64,000 bases of DNA from NCBI RefSeq assembly GCF_032444005.1, contig NC_091283.1, forward strand, positions 836,008,001 through 836,072,000, read 5' to 3'. Of the stretch, positions 12,378 to 31,277 are shown piece by piece. The notes under the pieces were generated by a model. That model did not search any database, was not told the origin of the DNA, and saw only the letters and a list, made by a program, of their open reading frames with translations. This DNA is from Ranitomeya imitator. Lineage: Eukaryota. Every line of letters begins with the position of its first letter. Position 1 is the stretch's first letter. Made by a program: the position numbers and the translations under genes.

Positions 12378-14254
12378 AACAAGGAATTAGCACGAAGGAC
12401 CTGGAACACCATTCTGACCTGCTTCACATGAGACTCCCAATCATCCGAAAAGACCAAAATATCATCCAAATACACAATCAGGAATTTATCCAGGTACTCT
12501 CGGAAAATGTCATGCATAAAGGACTGAAATACTGATGGAGCATTGGAAAGCCCGAATGGCATCACCAGGTACTCAAAATGGCCCTCGGGCGTATTAAATG
12601 CTGTTTTCCATTCATCGCCCCGTTTAATACGCACAAGATTATACGTCCCTCGAAGGTCTATCTTGGTAAACCAACTAGCTACTTTAATACGAGCAAACAA
12701 GTCGGACAGCAACGGCAAAGGATACTGAAATTTGACAGTAATTTTATTAAGAAGGCGGTAATCAATACATGGTCTCAAAGAACCATCCTTCTTGGCCACA
12801 AAAAAGAACCCTGCTCCCAACGGTGATGACGATGGGCGAATATGGCCTTTCTCCAAGGATTCCTTTATATAACTCCGCATAGCGGCGTGTTCTGGCACAG
12901 ATAAATTGAACAATCGGCCCTTAGGAAACTTACTTCCAGGAATCAAATTAATTTCACAATCGCAATCCCTATGAGGAGGTAGGGCACTGGCTTTGGGCTC
13001 ATCAAATACATCCTGATAATCCGACAAAAACTCCGGAACTTCAGAAGGAGTAGAAGACGAAATTGACAAAAATGGAACATCACCATGTACCCCCTGGCAA
13101 CCCCAGCTGGACACAGACATAGATTTCCAGTCCAATACTGGATTATGGACCTGTAGCCATGGTAACCCTAAAACGACCACATCATGCAGATTATGTAACA
13201 CCAACAAATGGATATCCTCCTGATGTGCAGGAGCCATGCACATGGTCAGTTGGGTCCAGTACTGAGGCTTATTCTTGGCCAAAGGCGTAGCATCAATTCC
13301 TCTCAATGGAATAGGATACTGCAAGGGCTCCAAGAAAAAACCACAGCGCCTGGCATACTCCAAGTCCATCAAATTCAGGGCAGCGCCTGAATCCACAAAT
13401 GCCATAACAGAATAGGATGACAAAGAGCAAATCAGTGTAACGGACAAAAGAAATTTAGACTGTACCGTACCAATGGTGGCAGACCTAGCGAACCGCTTAG
13501 TGCGCTTAGGACAATCGGAGATAGCATGAGTGGAATCACCACAGTAAAAACACAGCCCATTCCGACGTCTGTGTTCCTGCCGTTCAGTTCTGGTCAAAGT
13601 CCTATCACACTGCATAGGCTCAGGCCCATGCTCAGATAGTACCGCCAAATGGTGCACAGTTTTACGCTCACGCAAGCGCCGATCGATCTGAATGGCCAAG
13701 GACATAGACTCATTCAGACCAGCAGGCATGGGAAATCCCACCATGACATCTTTAAGGGCTTCAGAGAGACCCTTTCTGAAAATTGCTGCCAGGGCACATT
13801 CATTCCACTGAGTGAGCACAGACCACTTTCTAAACTTCTGACAATATATCTCTGCTTCATCCTGACCCTGACACAGAGCCAGCAAGATTTTCTCTGCCTG
13901 ATCCACTGAATTAGGTTCGTCATAAAGCAATCCGAGCGCCAGGAAAAATGCATCCACATCACGCAATGCCGGATCTCCTGGCGCAAGGGAAAATGCCCAG
14001 TCTTGAGGGTCACCACGTAACAAAGAAATAATGATCCTTACTTGTTGAGCAGGATCACCTGAGGAGCGAGGTTTCAAAGCTAGAAACAATTTACAATTAT
14101 TTTTGAAATTCAAGAACTTAGATCTATCACCAAAAAACAAATCAGGAATTGGAATCCTAGGCTCTGACATCGGATTCTGAACCACAAAATCTTGAATGTT
14201 TTGTACCCTTGTAGTGAGATTATCCATCCAAGAGAACAGACCTTGAATGTCCAT
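12378..14254 (-). CDS. Element A gag-protease-RT 5' part (single frame)
   Basis: Probable ATG at 14254 (MDIQ). CFYCGDSTHAISDC knuckle, VDSGA, YLDD. Confidence 0.9.
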
Positions 14255-16786
14255 GTCTACACCTGTGTTCTGAACCACTCAGAGGTAAAGGGGAAAAGTG
14301 AGACAGAACACGCTGCAAAGAAAAAAAAATGGTCTCAGAGCTTCACTTATCCCTCTATTGAGATGCATCAATACTTTTGGCCAGCTGTACTGTTATGTTC
14401 TGGTGGTTAGAACAAATAGTGGACCTGATAGTTAGAGCACCAGAAAAGACCTAATAGCACATTAATACAGGACAAGCTCTGGGAAGTGGAACCTCTGCTG
14501 ACCGCAATCCCTAATCCTATCACGTACACTAGAAATAGCCGTGGAGCGTTCCTATCATGACCTAGGGGCCTCATCACAGCCTCAGAACTAGCTAGCCCTA
14601 GAGATAGGAAAAATAAGCCTATCTTGCCTCAGAGAAAATTACCCAAAGGAAAAGGCAGCCCCCCACATATATTGACTGTGAGTAAGATGAAATCACAAAC
14701 ACAGAGATGAAATAGATTTAGCAAAGAGAGGCCCGACTTACTAAACAGACAGAAGATAGGAAAGGTCACTTTGCAGTCAGCACAAAACCCTAAAAAAGCC
14801 ACACAGAGAGTGCAGGGAAAAATACCTTCCGCACCGACTAACGGAGCGGAGGCGCCCCTCTGCGCTCCAGAGCTTCCAGCAAGCAAGGAAATTCACATAA
14901 GCATGCTGGACACAAAAAATAGCAAACAAGAAAAAAGCAAAGCAAAACTTAGCTTCAGCTGGAGAAAACAGGTAACCAGGAAGATCCAGGAGCGAACTAG
15001 ACCAATGCAACAACATTGACAGCTGGCATCGGACAAGGATCCAAGTGGAGTTAAATAGAGCAGCCCACTAACGAATTAGCCTCGTCACCTGTGGAAGGAA
15101 ACACCCACAGGCATCAGAGAAAGTCCATGGACAGAACCAGCTGAAGTACCATTCATGACCACAGGAGGGAGCCCGAAAACAGAATTCACAACAGGCCCAG
15201 ACCCTGATACCTCATGCCTGGCTGAGTGCTGCCGCGCCATTCCAAAATTTGTACTGTGCGTGAACTGAGGCCACTTTCCTGGTGTCTGCCCCTAATTTAA
15301 TATGTTTTGGCAGCTTTTGGGCCCATTTGAAGGTATTGTGTATGCGTTTCTTTTTGCCTCCCAATGACCGTGTGCACACAGCCTTAGTGGAAACTCGAAT
15401 ATTTACTGAACTTTGGCCAAATTTTGCCAATTTTGAGGAAAATGCTCGGGAATCCAAACATGAATCCAAATATGCAAGGTTCTTACCAACTTTGACATTG
15501 GCAACATTTTCCGAACAAGTTCACTCATCTCTAGTGAAATTCAGGTAATCCCTTGGATTCAAGGATTCAACACCTTAGTTTAGTCTGAAGTCACATTTGT
15601 TCCAACCTCTCTTCTCAGGTTTGTTTGGGGTTCCTCAGAGATAAGTGCTCGATCATCTCCACTTTATTTTCTATGAAGCCCCTACTGTTATTTGCCATAA
15701 CATTTCTATGTTGATAACATTAAAATACATACTTCTTTTTGGTTTCGTCACGTCTGCACAACCACAAAACTTTTCAGATCAATCCTGATATGCTAAAATT
15801 TGTACATACTAAAAATAGAGGTCCCAAAAATCCAGCCGTTGATAACCCCATTTAGAGGTGACTTTGGAGCCAATAATTGGGGTCTATCTTTTATAGGATG
15901 ATTTATAAATAATATTACAGATCTTATTGATGATCTGTACTGTGTGTACAATGATTAATTTAGTACAAAGTCTATGATGCTATTAAAAGTGGATGTACAC
16001 GTACTTTGCATGCTCTAAATTTATTCAAGTCAGGCTTTACCCCAGTTTCTGTTACCTCTCATCAATTCTAGGTGATTGCCAGCACATATCCGATGGTATC
16101 TTAAGTCCTGACTACATGGATTCCTTTTAACATTTTGGATGGAAGCTATTAGACAGTCATTTGTCAATCAATGTGAGGTAGATGTTGCCCAGGCAAATAA
16201 AATGATGAGATGCACATGATTAGATCATAGTATTACTCTTTACTGAGCAGTCTCACTATAGAACCCAGTGCTCCATGATGTGGTCATTCAAGACTTAAGT
16301 CAATAATATGTTATATTTTTCCAAAAAAGCTGTCTTGGCACTCTCTGCAAAGGAAAATGGTCCTCCTTTAACCACTAGTCAGAGGCACCTCACCTAGACA
16401 CATTAGATGTAACACTTTTCACTGAAGAAGGGCAACACCCCAAAACATGTGAAAGTGGAGTTTCTGTTTTGATTCTTAACCTAAGTCATGTGGCAAGGCT
16501 CGTTAAGGGATTGACATTGACTTTTAAGATTGCTACATCCAATGAGTGGCACCACAGATCATGCCATCTTCCTTCTGAAGAAGTTATTTGCATATCAAAA
16601 ATAACAAAAATTGGAAACAGTTCAATCTCATATGAACTAAATGGAAATGGCTTTCAACTTTCCAAGAATGAAAAACTGAAGCTTTTCTTTGGTTTAACTT
16701 TTTATTGGTTGCGAACCTCCACAATGTTGTGAACTACAATAAGGTAGCAGAGTAAGAGAAGATGACAATCAGAAGATGGAAAATGT

Positions 16787-19360
<2,574 letters not shown>

Positions 19361-19919
19361 GATGGATCCAGAGACAATATGGACTGAGCACAATCCACAG
19401 ATATTTATACCCAAAAATTATCACCCCTCTACACCCTCCTCAGCCTAGAGAAAGTTAATTATTATCCACATAGCCTAAAATATACATGATAATCTATGGA
19501 TGAAGGTCACTTATATAGAAATGTTCTTCTGGTGGTTTGATTAGATATACCCATAGTTTCCTAGTATTTATGGTTAAAAGTAGACATATGTCCATTGAGT
19601 GTAACATGTTGATCCAGAGTTAGGCATAAAAAAACCTGAGGTAGATGTTGATTAACTAATATTGGGGGTAAACTCTTTCTTGACTCCACATACCGCAATC
19701 ACACGAATTCTCAGGATCAATTCTCCATCACAGAATGTAGTATTCATAAACTATAATGTTATATAAAACCCCAAGTTTAATTACCTGTCTTGTTATTGAG
19801 TCCACCCATTCCCTTAATAATCTTGCTCGCTCTTCTGTGCACCGCTCTTCTTCAGCTACGTCCTTCTTATACACTTCTTATACACTGGAGCCCAAAATTG
19901 TACCCTGTACTCTATGTGC

Positions 19920-20225
19920 TAACTATGTGATAACTATCCCCTCTCTGTTGTTCATGGTTGGCGGGAAGGGATGGAGGAAACAAGCATCGGTGTTACCAAG
20001 ATAGCACAGCATGGGCTTGGTTCTCATGGTGGAGCTTGACATATGAGTGCCTTCTTGCTGCACTACCTCCAACATGATCCCCGTATAGTTATGATTCAAA
20101 ATAAGGCTGACTACTGGGTTGCCACTTTGTTAGATCCACATTGTAAGACAAAATATTGCCAGATGCTTCCCATCCTGGAAAGTGACCGCAAATGCCAGAG
20201 TACCGAAACGTGCTTTTACACAACC
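19920..20225 (+). pseudogene. hAT transposase fragment
   Basis: Close match to 305-600 (FLLHYLQHD..IQN.ADYWV). Cut off by a TTAA element at 20226. Confidence 0.75.
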
Positions 20226-20229
20226 TTAA

Positions 20230-22340
20230 CCCCTTTACCCCCAAGGGTGGTTTGCACGTTAATGACCGGGCCAATTTTTACAATTCTGACCACTGTCCCT
20301 TTATGAGGTTAAACTCTGGAACGCTTCAACGGATCTCGGTGATTCTGACATTGTTTTGTCGTGACATATTGTACTTCATGATAGTCGTAAAATTTCTTTA
20401 TTATCACTTGCGTTTATTTGTGAAAAAAATGGACATTTGGCAAAAATTTTGAAAATTTCGCAATTTTCCAAATTTGAATTTTCATGCCCTTAAATCACAG
20501 AGATATGTCACACAATAATAATAGGGAGTTATAAGGGTTAAAAGTTGACCAGCGATTTCTCATTTTTACTACACTATTTTTTTTTTAGGGACCACATCAC
20601 ATTTAAAGTCACTTTGAGGGGTCTATATGATAGAAAATACCCAAGTGTGACACCATTCTAAAAACTGCACCCCTCAAGGTGCTCAAAACCACATTAAAGA
20701 AGTTTATTAACCCTTCAGGTGCTTCACAGGAATTTTTGGAATGATTAAAGAAAATGAACATTTAACTTTTTTTCACAAAAAAATTACTTCAGATCCAATT
20801 TGTTTTATTTTACCAAGGGTAACAGGAAAAATTGGACCCCAAAAGTTGTTGTACAATTTATCTTGAGTACGAAAATGCGCCATATGTGGGGGGGGGACCA
20901 CTGTTTGGGCGCAAGGCAGAGCTTAGAAGCTGAGGAGCGCCGTTTGACTTTTCAATGAAAAATTGGCTGGAATTGAGATAGGACGCCATGTCGCGTTTGG
21001 AGAGCCCCTGATGTCACTAAACAGTAGAAAACCCCCACAAGTGACACCATTTTGGAATGTAGACCACCTAAGGAATTTATCTAAATGTGTGGTGAGCACT
21101 TTGAACCCCCAAGTGCTTCACATAATGTAGAGCCGTAAAAATAGAAAATCATATTTGTTTCACAAAAATCATTTTTTTGCCCCCAATTTTTTATTTTCCC
21201 AAGTGTAAAGAGAAATTCGACCCAAAAAGTTGTTATGCAATTTGTCCTGAGTACGCTGATACCCCATATGTGGGGGTAAACGATTGTTTGGGCGCATGGC
21301 AGAGCTCGGAAGAGAAGGAGCACCTTTTGACTTTTTCAACGCAGAATTGGCTGGAATTGAGATCAGACGCCATGTCGTGTCTGGAGAGCCCCCGATGTGC
21401 CTAAACAGTGGAAACCCACCCAATTCTAAATCCAACCCTAACCCAACACACCCCTAACCATAATCCCAACCCTAAGCTCACCCCTAACCCCAACACACCC
21501 CTGACCCTAATCCCAACCCTAATGATAACCCTAACCTGAACACATCCCTAACCCTAATCCCAACCCCAACACACCCCTAACCCTAATCCCAACCCTAACC
21601 ATAACCCTAACCACACCACTAACCCTGACACTCCCCTAACCCAACCGTAAACGTAATCCAAACCCTAACCCCCACTCTAACCCTAACCCTAACTTTAGCC
21701 CAAACCCCAACCCTAACTTTAGCCCCAACCCTAACTTTAGCTCCAACCCTAGCCTTAACTTTAGCCCCAACCATAACCCTAAGGGAAAATGAAAATAAAT
21801 ACATTTTTTATTTTATTATTTTTCCCTAACTAAGGGGGTGATAAAGGGGGGTTTGATTTACTATTTATAGGTGATTTTTATAGCGGATTTATGTTTGGCA
21901 GCTGTCAAACTAAAAGACGCTTTTTATTGCAAAAAATAGTTTTTGCGTCACCACATTTTGAGAGCTATAATTGTTCCATATTTTGGTCCACAGATTCATG
22001 TGAGGTCTTGGTTTTTGTGGGACGAGTTAACATTTTTATCGGTACCATTTTCAGACACATTACATTTTTTGATCACTTTTTATTCCGATTTTTGTTAGGC
22101 AGAATGAACAAAAACCAGCAATTCGTGAATTTCTTTTTGGGGGCGTTTATAAGCCACCTCCCTGCAGGACCCGGAAAAGACCCCACGGGCATCTCGGATC
22201 TGGGGGCCTGCAGGGAGGAGGATGGAGAAAACCCTCGGAACAACGTGTATTTCTGAGGGTCTCAGGGAAGCTCACAGGGAGCCCCCCTCACTGCGCGATG
22301 CTTCCCTATGCCACCGGAACACTGCAAATGTGCTCGCAGG
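20230..22340. mobile_element. Probable TTAA-targeting non-autonomous DNA transposon (piggyBac/T2-like); right end uncertain
   Basis: Starts TTAA|CCCCTT and interrupts the hAT fragment. Internal direct repeats at 20800-21420. No ORF. Confidence 0.5.
21425..21785. repeat. Degenerate telomere-like (AACCCT)n array
   Basis: Many CCCTAA/AACCCT units interleaved with variant units such as AACACAC and AACTTTAGCCCC. Confidence 0.85.
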
Positions 22341-22656
22341 ATGCGTTTTTTACCCATAGACTTGTATTAGCGACGGATGGCCACACGTCGCTTCCATCGT
22401 GCAACGGATCCGTCGTAATTTGGCGAACCGTCGGCATGAAAAAACGTTCAAGTGAAGTTTTTTTGTCTGTCGCATCTGCCATGTTCTACCGCGCATGCGC
22501 AGCCGAAACTCCACCCCCTCCTCCTCAGAATGGGCAGCAGGTGCGTTGAAAAACTGCATCCGCTGCCCATGTCGTGCACAAATTTCACCATGTACGTCGG
22601 TACGCCGGCCCGACGCATAACGACGGACCCGTACTGACACAAGTGTGAAAGAGGCC
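22340..22656. mobile_element. PIF/Harbinger-like MITE, left end truncated
   Basis: Ends TGTGAAAGAGGCC|TTA, the reverse complement of the TTA|GGCCTCTTTCA end at 62433. Confidence 0.55.
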
Positions 22657-23454
22657 TTAATGAGCGTTGAATTAAAAAAAAAAACGGAAAAAAACGGCTT
22701 GTGCTCCCGCACAATTTTCTGCACCAGAGGGAGAAAGCCGACGGCCGGGGGCCAATATCTGTAGCCTGCTATGAATATCAGCCCGCAGCTGTCTGCATAG
22801 CCTTTACTGGCCATTAAAATAGGGGGACCCCCCCAAAAAATGACGTGGGGTACCCCTATATTTTATAGCCAGAAAGGCTATGCAGACAGCTGCGGGCTCA
22901 TAACCATAGCCTAGAGAAGGGCCATGGATATTGCTCCCCCCCCCGGCTACAAATACCAGTACGCAGCTGTAAAATAATAAACCGCATACTACCTGTCCGC
23001 CGTAGTCCAATTAATAGCGAGTGTCCCACGACGATCTCCCCTATAGAACAGTGATGTCGGGTGATGTCACTGCTCTATAGGACCCTCAGTGACACACTGA
23101 CAGGAGACAATGGCTCCTGCAGTGCATCACTAAGAGGTTACCTTAGGACAAAGTCTCACTTTATGGCAATTGCTGCGTGGGAAAATTTCTCACACAGCAA
23201 TGCCAAAAGTGAGACTATGGACTATTTTTTTTACAGCGGCAGAGGAATACAGTGCGGAAGGATACCTTCCTCCCGTCATTGTGTTCCTGGAGCCCCTGGA
23301 GAGCGGTCACATCAGCTGATGTTGTCGTTCTCCACGGGAGATCGTCGTGGGACACTCGTGGATTTCTGGGGACAGGGAGTATATTGGTTGTTTGTTATTT
23401 TCATATTTTTTTACAGATGACACTGGCTTCGGGGAACAAAGTGACAAGTAATGG

Positions 23455-23720
23455 TGAGTATGTACTCTATGTTATATGTTCTGTATGTCTGTATGTATGT
23501 ACTGTATGTAATGTATGAATATGTATGTAGTATGTATGTAGTATGTCCTGTATGTAGTATGTATGTATGTAGTATGTATGAATGTAGTATGTATATATGT
23601 AGTATCTATGTAGTATGTATATATGTAGTATGTATGTAGTATGTATGCAGTATGTATGCAGTATGTATGTAGTATGTGTTATGTATGTAGCATGTATGTA
23701 GCATGTATGTAGTATGTATG
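23455..23720. repeat. Compound (TATG)n/(TAG) microsatellite
   Basis: Directly visible TATGTATGTAG-type run. Confidence 0.95.
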
Positions 23721-23809
23721 GTTTTTTTTTCATTCAACACATTAGCCAGATGATGGGACTACTACTGTCCCATCATTGGCTAATGTGTCAATCACTGTCA
23801 CTGTAGTAG

Positions 23810-24851
23810 GCATCGTCATCTGCTGGGTTGGCTGTCGTGGAAAAGATGTTGCTCCCCATTATGATATTTCTTCTGTGGTGAAATTGGTGCCACTTTGGAT
23901 GTGTCTGCCACTAATTTTTGGAAATGTGAACACTCCTGGTTGGTTGTCCATCTGCTTGGTTTTTCTGTAGTGGAGGAAATTTTAGTCCCATTTATACTAT
24001 TTCTACTGTGGAGAAATTGATTCCAATTTGTGGTGTCGGCAAAAATTTTTTAAAATGTGAACACTCCTGATTGGGTTTCTCCATCTGCTGGATTGGCTGT
24101 AGTGGAAGATGTGTCGGTCCGCATTAACTATTTCTAGTGAAATTGGAGCCACTTTGTTGGTGTTTGACACAAATTTTTGGAAATCTGTACGTTCCTGGTT
24201 GTATCTCCATCTGCTGGGTTGGCTGTAGTAGAAGAGGTGTCGGTCCCTATTATACTATTTCTGTTGAAATTGATGTCACTTTGTTGGTGTGTGCCTGTAA
24301 TTTTTGGAAATGTGGGTCTCCTTCATATGTGTTGCCTGTAGCAGTAGGCCTCTGAGAACGACAGGCCTCCACTTACTTTGAGTCAACTACCCGTATTACA
24401 GTCCTTACATTTTTCTGACAGTAGTAGTCTACAAAACTGATATTTGTTCCACCTGAGTGTGGCATAGCATCGAAGCAGGTTGAGCTCTTACATGTTGTAT
24501 CAAGGCTCCCAGCACAGCCGGCCTACACCGATCCCTCACCCACCTCGTCCTTATTTGACATTCAATTCTGTAAATGCTGACCCAGACACTGATACCTCAT
24601 GCCTGGCTGACTGCTGCCGTGCCATTCCAAAATTTGTACTGAGGCCACTTTCCTGGTGTCTGCCCCTAATTTGATGTGTTTTGGCAGCTTTTGGGCCCGT
24701 TTGAAGATATTGTGTATGCATTTCTTATGCCTCCCAATGACTCCTATGGCATTCGACCATGTTTCGTGAATATTCGACAAATAAATAGGCGAATATTGAA
24801 AATGTGTCCATTCACTGTAATACAAACCGAACATATATTCGCTCATCTCTA
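23810..24851 (+). mobile_element. hAT element right end: ~4 units of the 133-bp array, conserved spacer and TIR
   Basis: Homologous to 2760-3481 plus 15194-15360; ends TTCGCTCATCTCTA at 24851. Confidence 0.75.
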
Positions 24852-25881
24852 CTCAGCACTACACAATGTAGGAGTGATTAGACGCTCGTGTCAGTTTGTC
24901 GACGGCTGTTGGCAGAGCAGTTGCATCAGCTGATGTGACTGCTCTACAAATGATTCAGATCGTCATGGCACTGTATGGATTATGGCAGATAGGTGAGGGT
25001 TGTGGTGGTCTATTATTTTTTCTCTTTTCCAGATGACATGTTTTTTTCTTATTTTTTACAGGAGACAAAAGCTTCAGAGATTAAGTGTAAGGTAAATATA
25101 TACTGTGGTTCTTATTTCAATATTTATTTTGTTATTTTAACTACTTTTTTCTTTTCCTCCAGCACAGGTACCAGCTGATGACTATGCCCATCAGCCACTG
25201 CCTGCTCCCGCATTTAATCAGTGACAGAAGGCATATGCTGATCAGAGTAGTAGACTCTCATCATCTGTGACCTGCAGTAAGCTTTTTATCGCGGGTCACA
25301 GTCACAGCTGTGTGGTCACGCTGACATCTGACAGCATGACCCTGCAGCTCTCTAACCAATGCTATTGACCTTACCGCCGATCAGAGATACCGTATGCTCA
25401 CAGCCTTAGTGGAAACTCGATCATTTACTGAATTTTGGCTGAATTTTGCTAACTTTGAGGAAAATACTCAGGCATCCAAACACAATCCAAATATTCAAGG
25501 ATTCAACACCTTAGTTTAGTCTGAAGTCACATTCGTTCCGACCTATCTTCTCAGGTTTGCTATGGGGTTCCTCAGAGATAAGTGCACGATCATCTCCACT
25601 TTACTTTCTATGAAGCCTCTAATGTTAATTGCCATAACATTTCTATGTTGATAATATTAAAATATATACATCTTTTTGGTTTCGTCACGTCTGCACAACC
25701 ACAAAACTTTTTACATCGATCCAGATATGCTGTGATTTGGACATACTGAAAATAAAGGTCCCGAAGGTCCAGTACTTGATAACCCCATTTAGAGGTGACT
25801 TTGGGGCCAATAATTGGGGTCTATCTTTTATTGGATAATTTATAAATAATATTTCAGATCTTATTGATGATCTGTCCTGTG

Positions 25882-26171
25882 TAGTGATGAGCGAGTATGC
25901 TCTTGTTCGGGTCTCCCCAAGCATGCAAGGGTGGTCTCCGAGTATTTGGATGTGCTCGGAGAATTAGTTTTCCTTGCCTCAGCTGCATGATTTACGGCTG
26001 CTAGACAGGCTGAATACATGTGAGGAATGCATGTTTGTTAGGGAATTCCCACATGTTTTCAGGCTGTCCAGAAACCGTAAATCATGCAGCTGAGGCGATA
26101 TAAACTAAATCTCCGACCACATCCAAACACTCGAAGAACACCCGAGCAACAATGCTACTCTCTCATCACTA
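25882..26171. mobile_element. hAT MITE (290 bp)
   Basis: TAGTGATGAG..CTCATCACTA termini. 8-bp TSD GTCCTGTG/TTCCTGTG; the paralogous site near 15938 is empty. Confidence 0.88.
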
Positions 26172-27029
26172 TTCCTGTGTGTACATTGATTAATTTACTA
26201 CAAAGTCTATGATGCAATTAAAAGTGGATGTACACGTACTTTGCATGCTCTAAATTTAATCAAGTCAGGCTTTATCGCAGTTTCTGTTACCTCTCATCAA
26301 ATTTTAGGTGATTGCCTGCACAGATCCGGTGCTATCTAAAGTCCTGACTACATACAATGGATCCCTTTAAACCTTTTGAATGGAAGCTATTAGGCAGTCA
26401 TTTGTCAATCAATGCCAGGTAGATGTTGCCCAGGCAAATAAAATGATGAGATGCACATGATTAGATCATAGTTTTACCCATTACTGAGCAGTCTCACTAT
26501 AGGACCCAACATGATGTGGTCATACAAGACTTATTAAGTCATTAAGATGTTTTACTTTTACAAAAAAGCTGTCTTGGCACTCTCTGCAAAATAAAATGTT
26601 CCTCCTTTAACCACTAGTCTGAGGCCTCTTACCTAGACACATTAGATATCATTCTTTGCACTGAAGATGGGCAAAACCCCAAAACATGTGAAAATGGAGT
26701 TTTTGGTCTGATTTCTTCCCCTTAAGTCATGTGGCAAGGCTCGGTTAGGGGGTTGACATTGACTTTTAGGATTGCTACATCCAATGAGAGGCACCAGAGA
26801 TCATGTCATCTTCCTTCTGAAGAGGTGATTTGTATAATAAAAAATACCAAAAATTGGAAACAGTTCAATCTCATATGAACGAAATGGAAATGTCTTTCGA
26901 CTTTCCAAGAATGAAAAACTGAAGCTTTTCTTTGGTTTAACTTTTTATTGGTTGTGAACTGCCACAATGTTGTGAACTACCATAAGGCAGTAGAGTAAGA
27001 GAAGATGACAATCAGAAGATGGAAAATGT

Positions 27030-30811
<3,782 letters not shown>

Positions 30812-31277
30812 GATGGATCCAGAGAGAATATGGACTGAGCGCAATCCACAGATATTTATGCCCAAAAATTATCACCCTTCTACACCCTCCTCAGCCTAGA
30901 GAAAGTTAATTATTATCCACATAACCTAAAATATACATGATAATCTATGGATGAAGGTCACTTATAAAGGTTTGATTAGATATAACCAGTTTCATAGTAT
31001 TTATGGTTGAAAATAGACATATGTCCATTGAATGTAACATGTTGATCTAGAGGTAGACAATAAAACCCTGAGGCAGATGTTGACTAACTAATATTAGGGG
31101 GATACCTCCTTTTTGACTTCACATATGGCAATCACATGTATTCCCAGGATCAATGCTCCATCACAGAATGTAATACTCATAACCTATAATGTTATATACA
31201 ACCCCAAGTTCAGTAACATAATTATACATTTTATTTCCAAATGCATAACTTTACATTTATCTACATTAAACTTAAAT

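Larger units (their letters stand above)
3482..15193 (-). mobile_element. Ty3/Gypsy chromovirus LTR retrotransposon A (contains nested element B and a CR1)
   Basis: LTRs at 3482-4292 (811 bp) and 14391-15193 (803 bp), both TG..CA. GGCCCA is duplicated at 3476-3481 and 15194-15199. Gag-PR-RT-RH-IN-chromodomain order. Confidence 0.96.

Noticed and set aside
16416-16456. Hammerhead-like CTGAAGA-AGGG-caaca-CCCC-AAAACATGT downstream of gene 1 (also about 26662 and, inverted, about 46735-46765)
   Set aside because: The essential G of GAAA is A in all three copies and no clean stem I or cleavage triplet can be drawn. At most a dead relic.
23451-23733. Low-complexity Tyr/His/Met-rich ORFs
   Set aside because: Translations of the TATG microsatellite.
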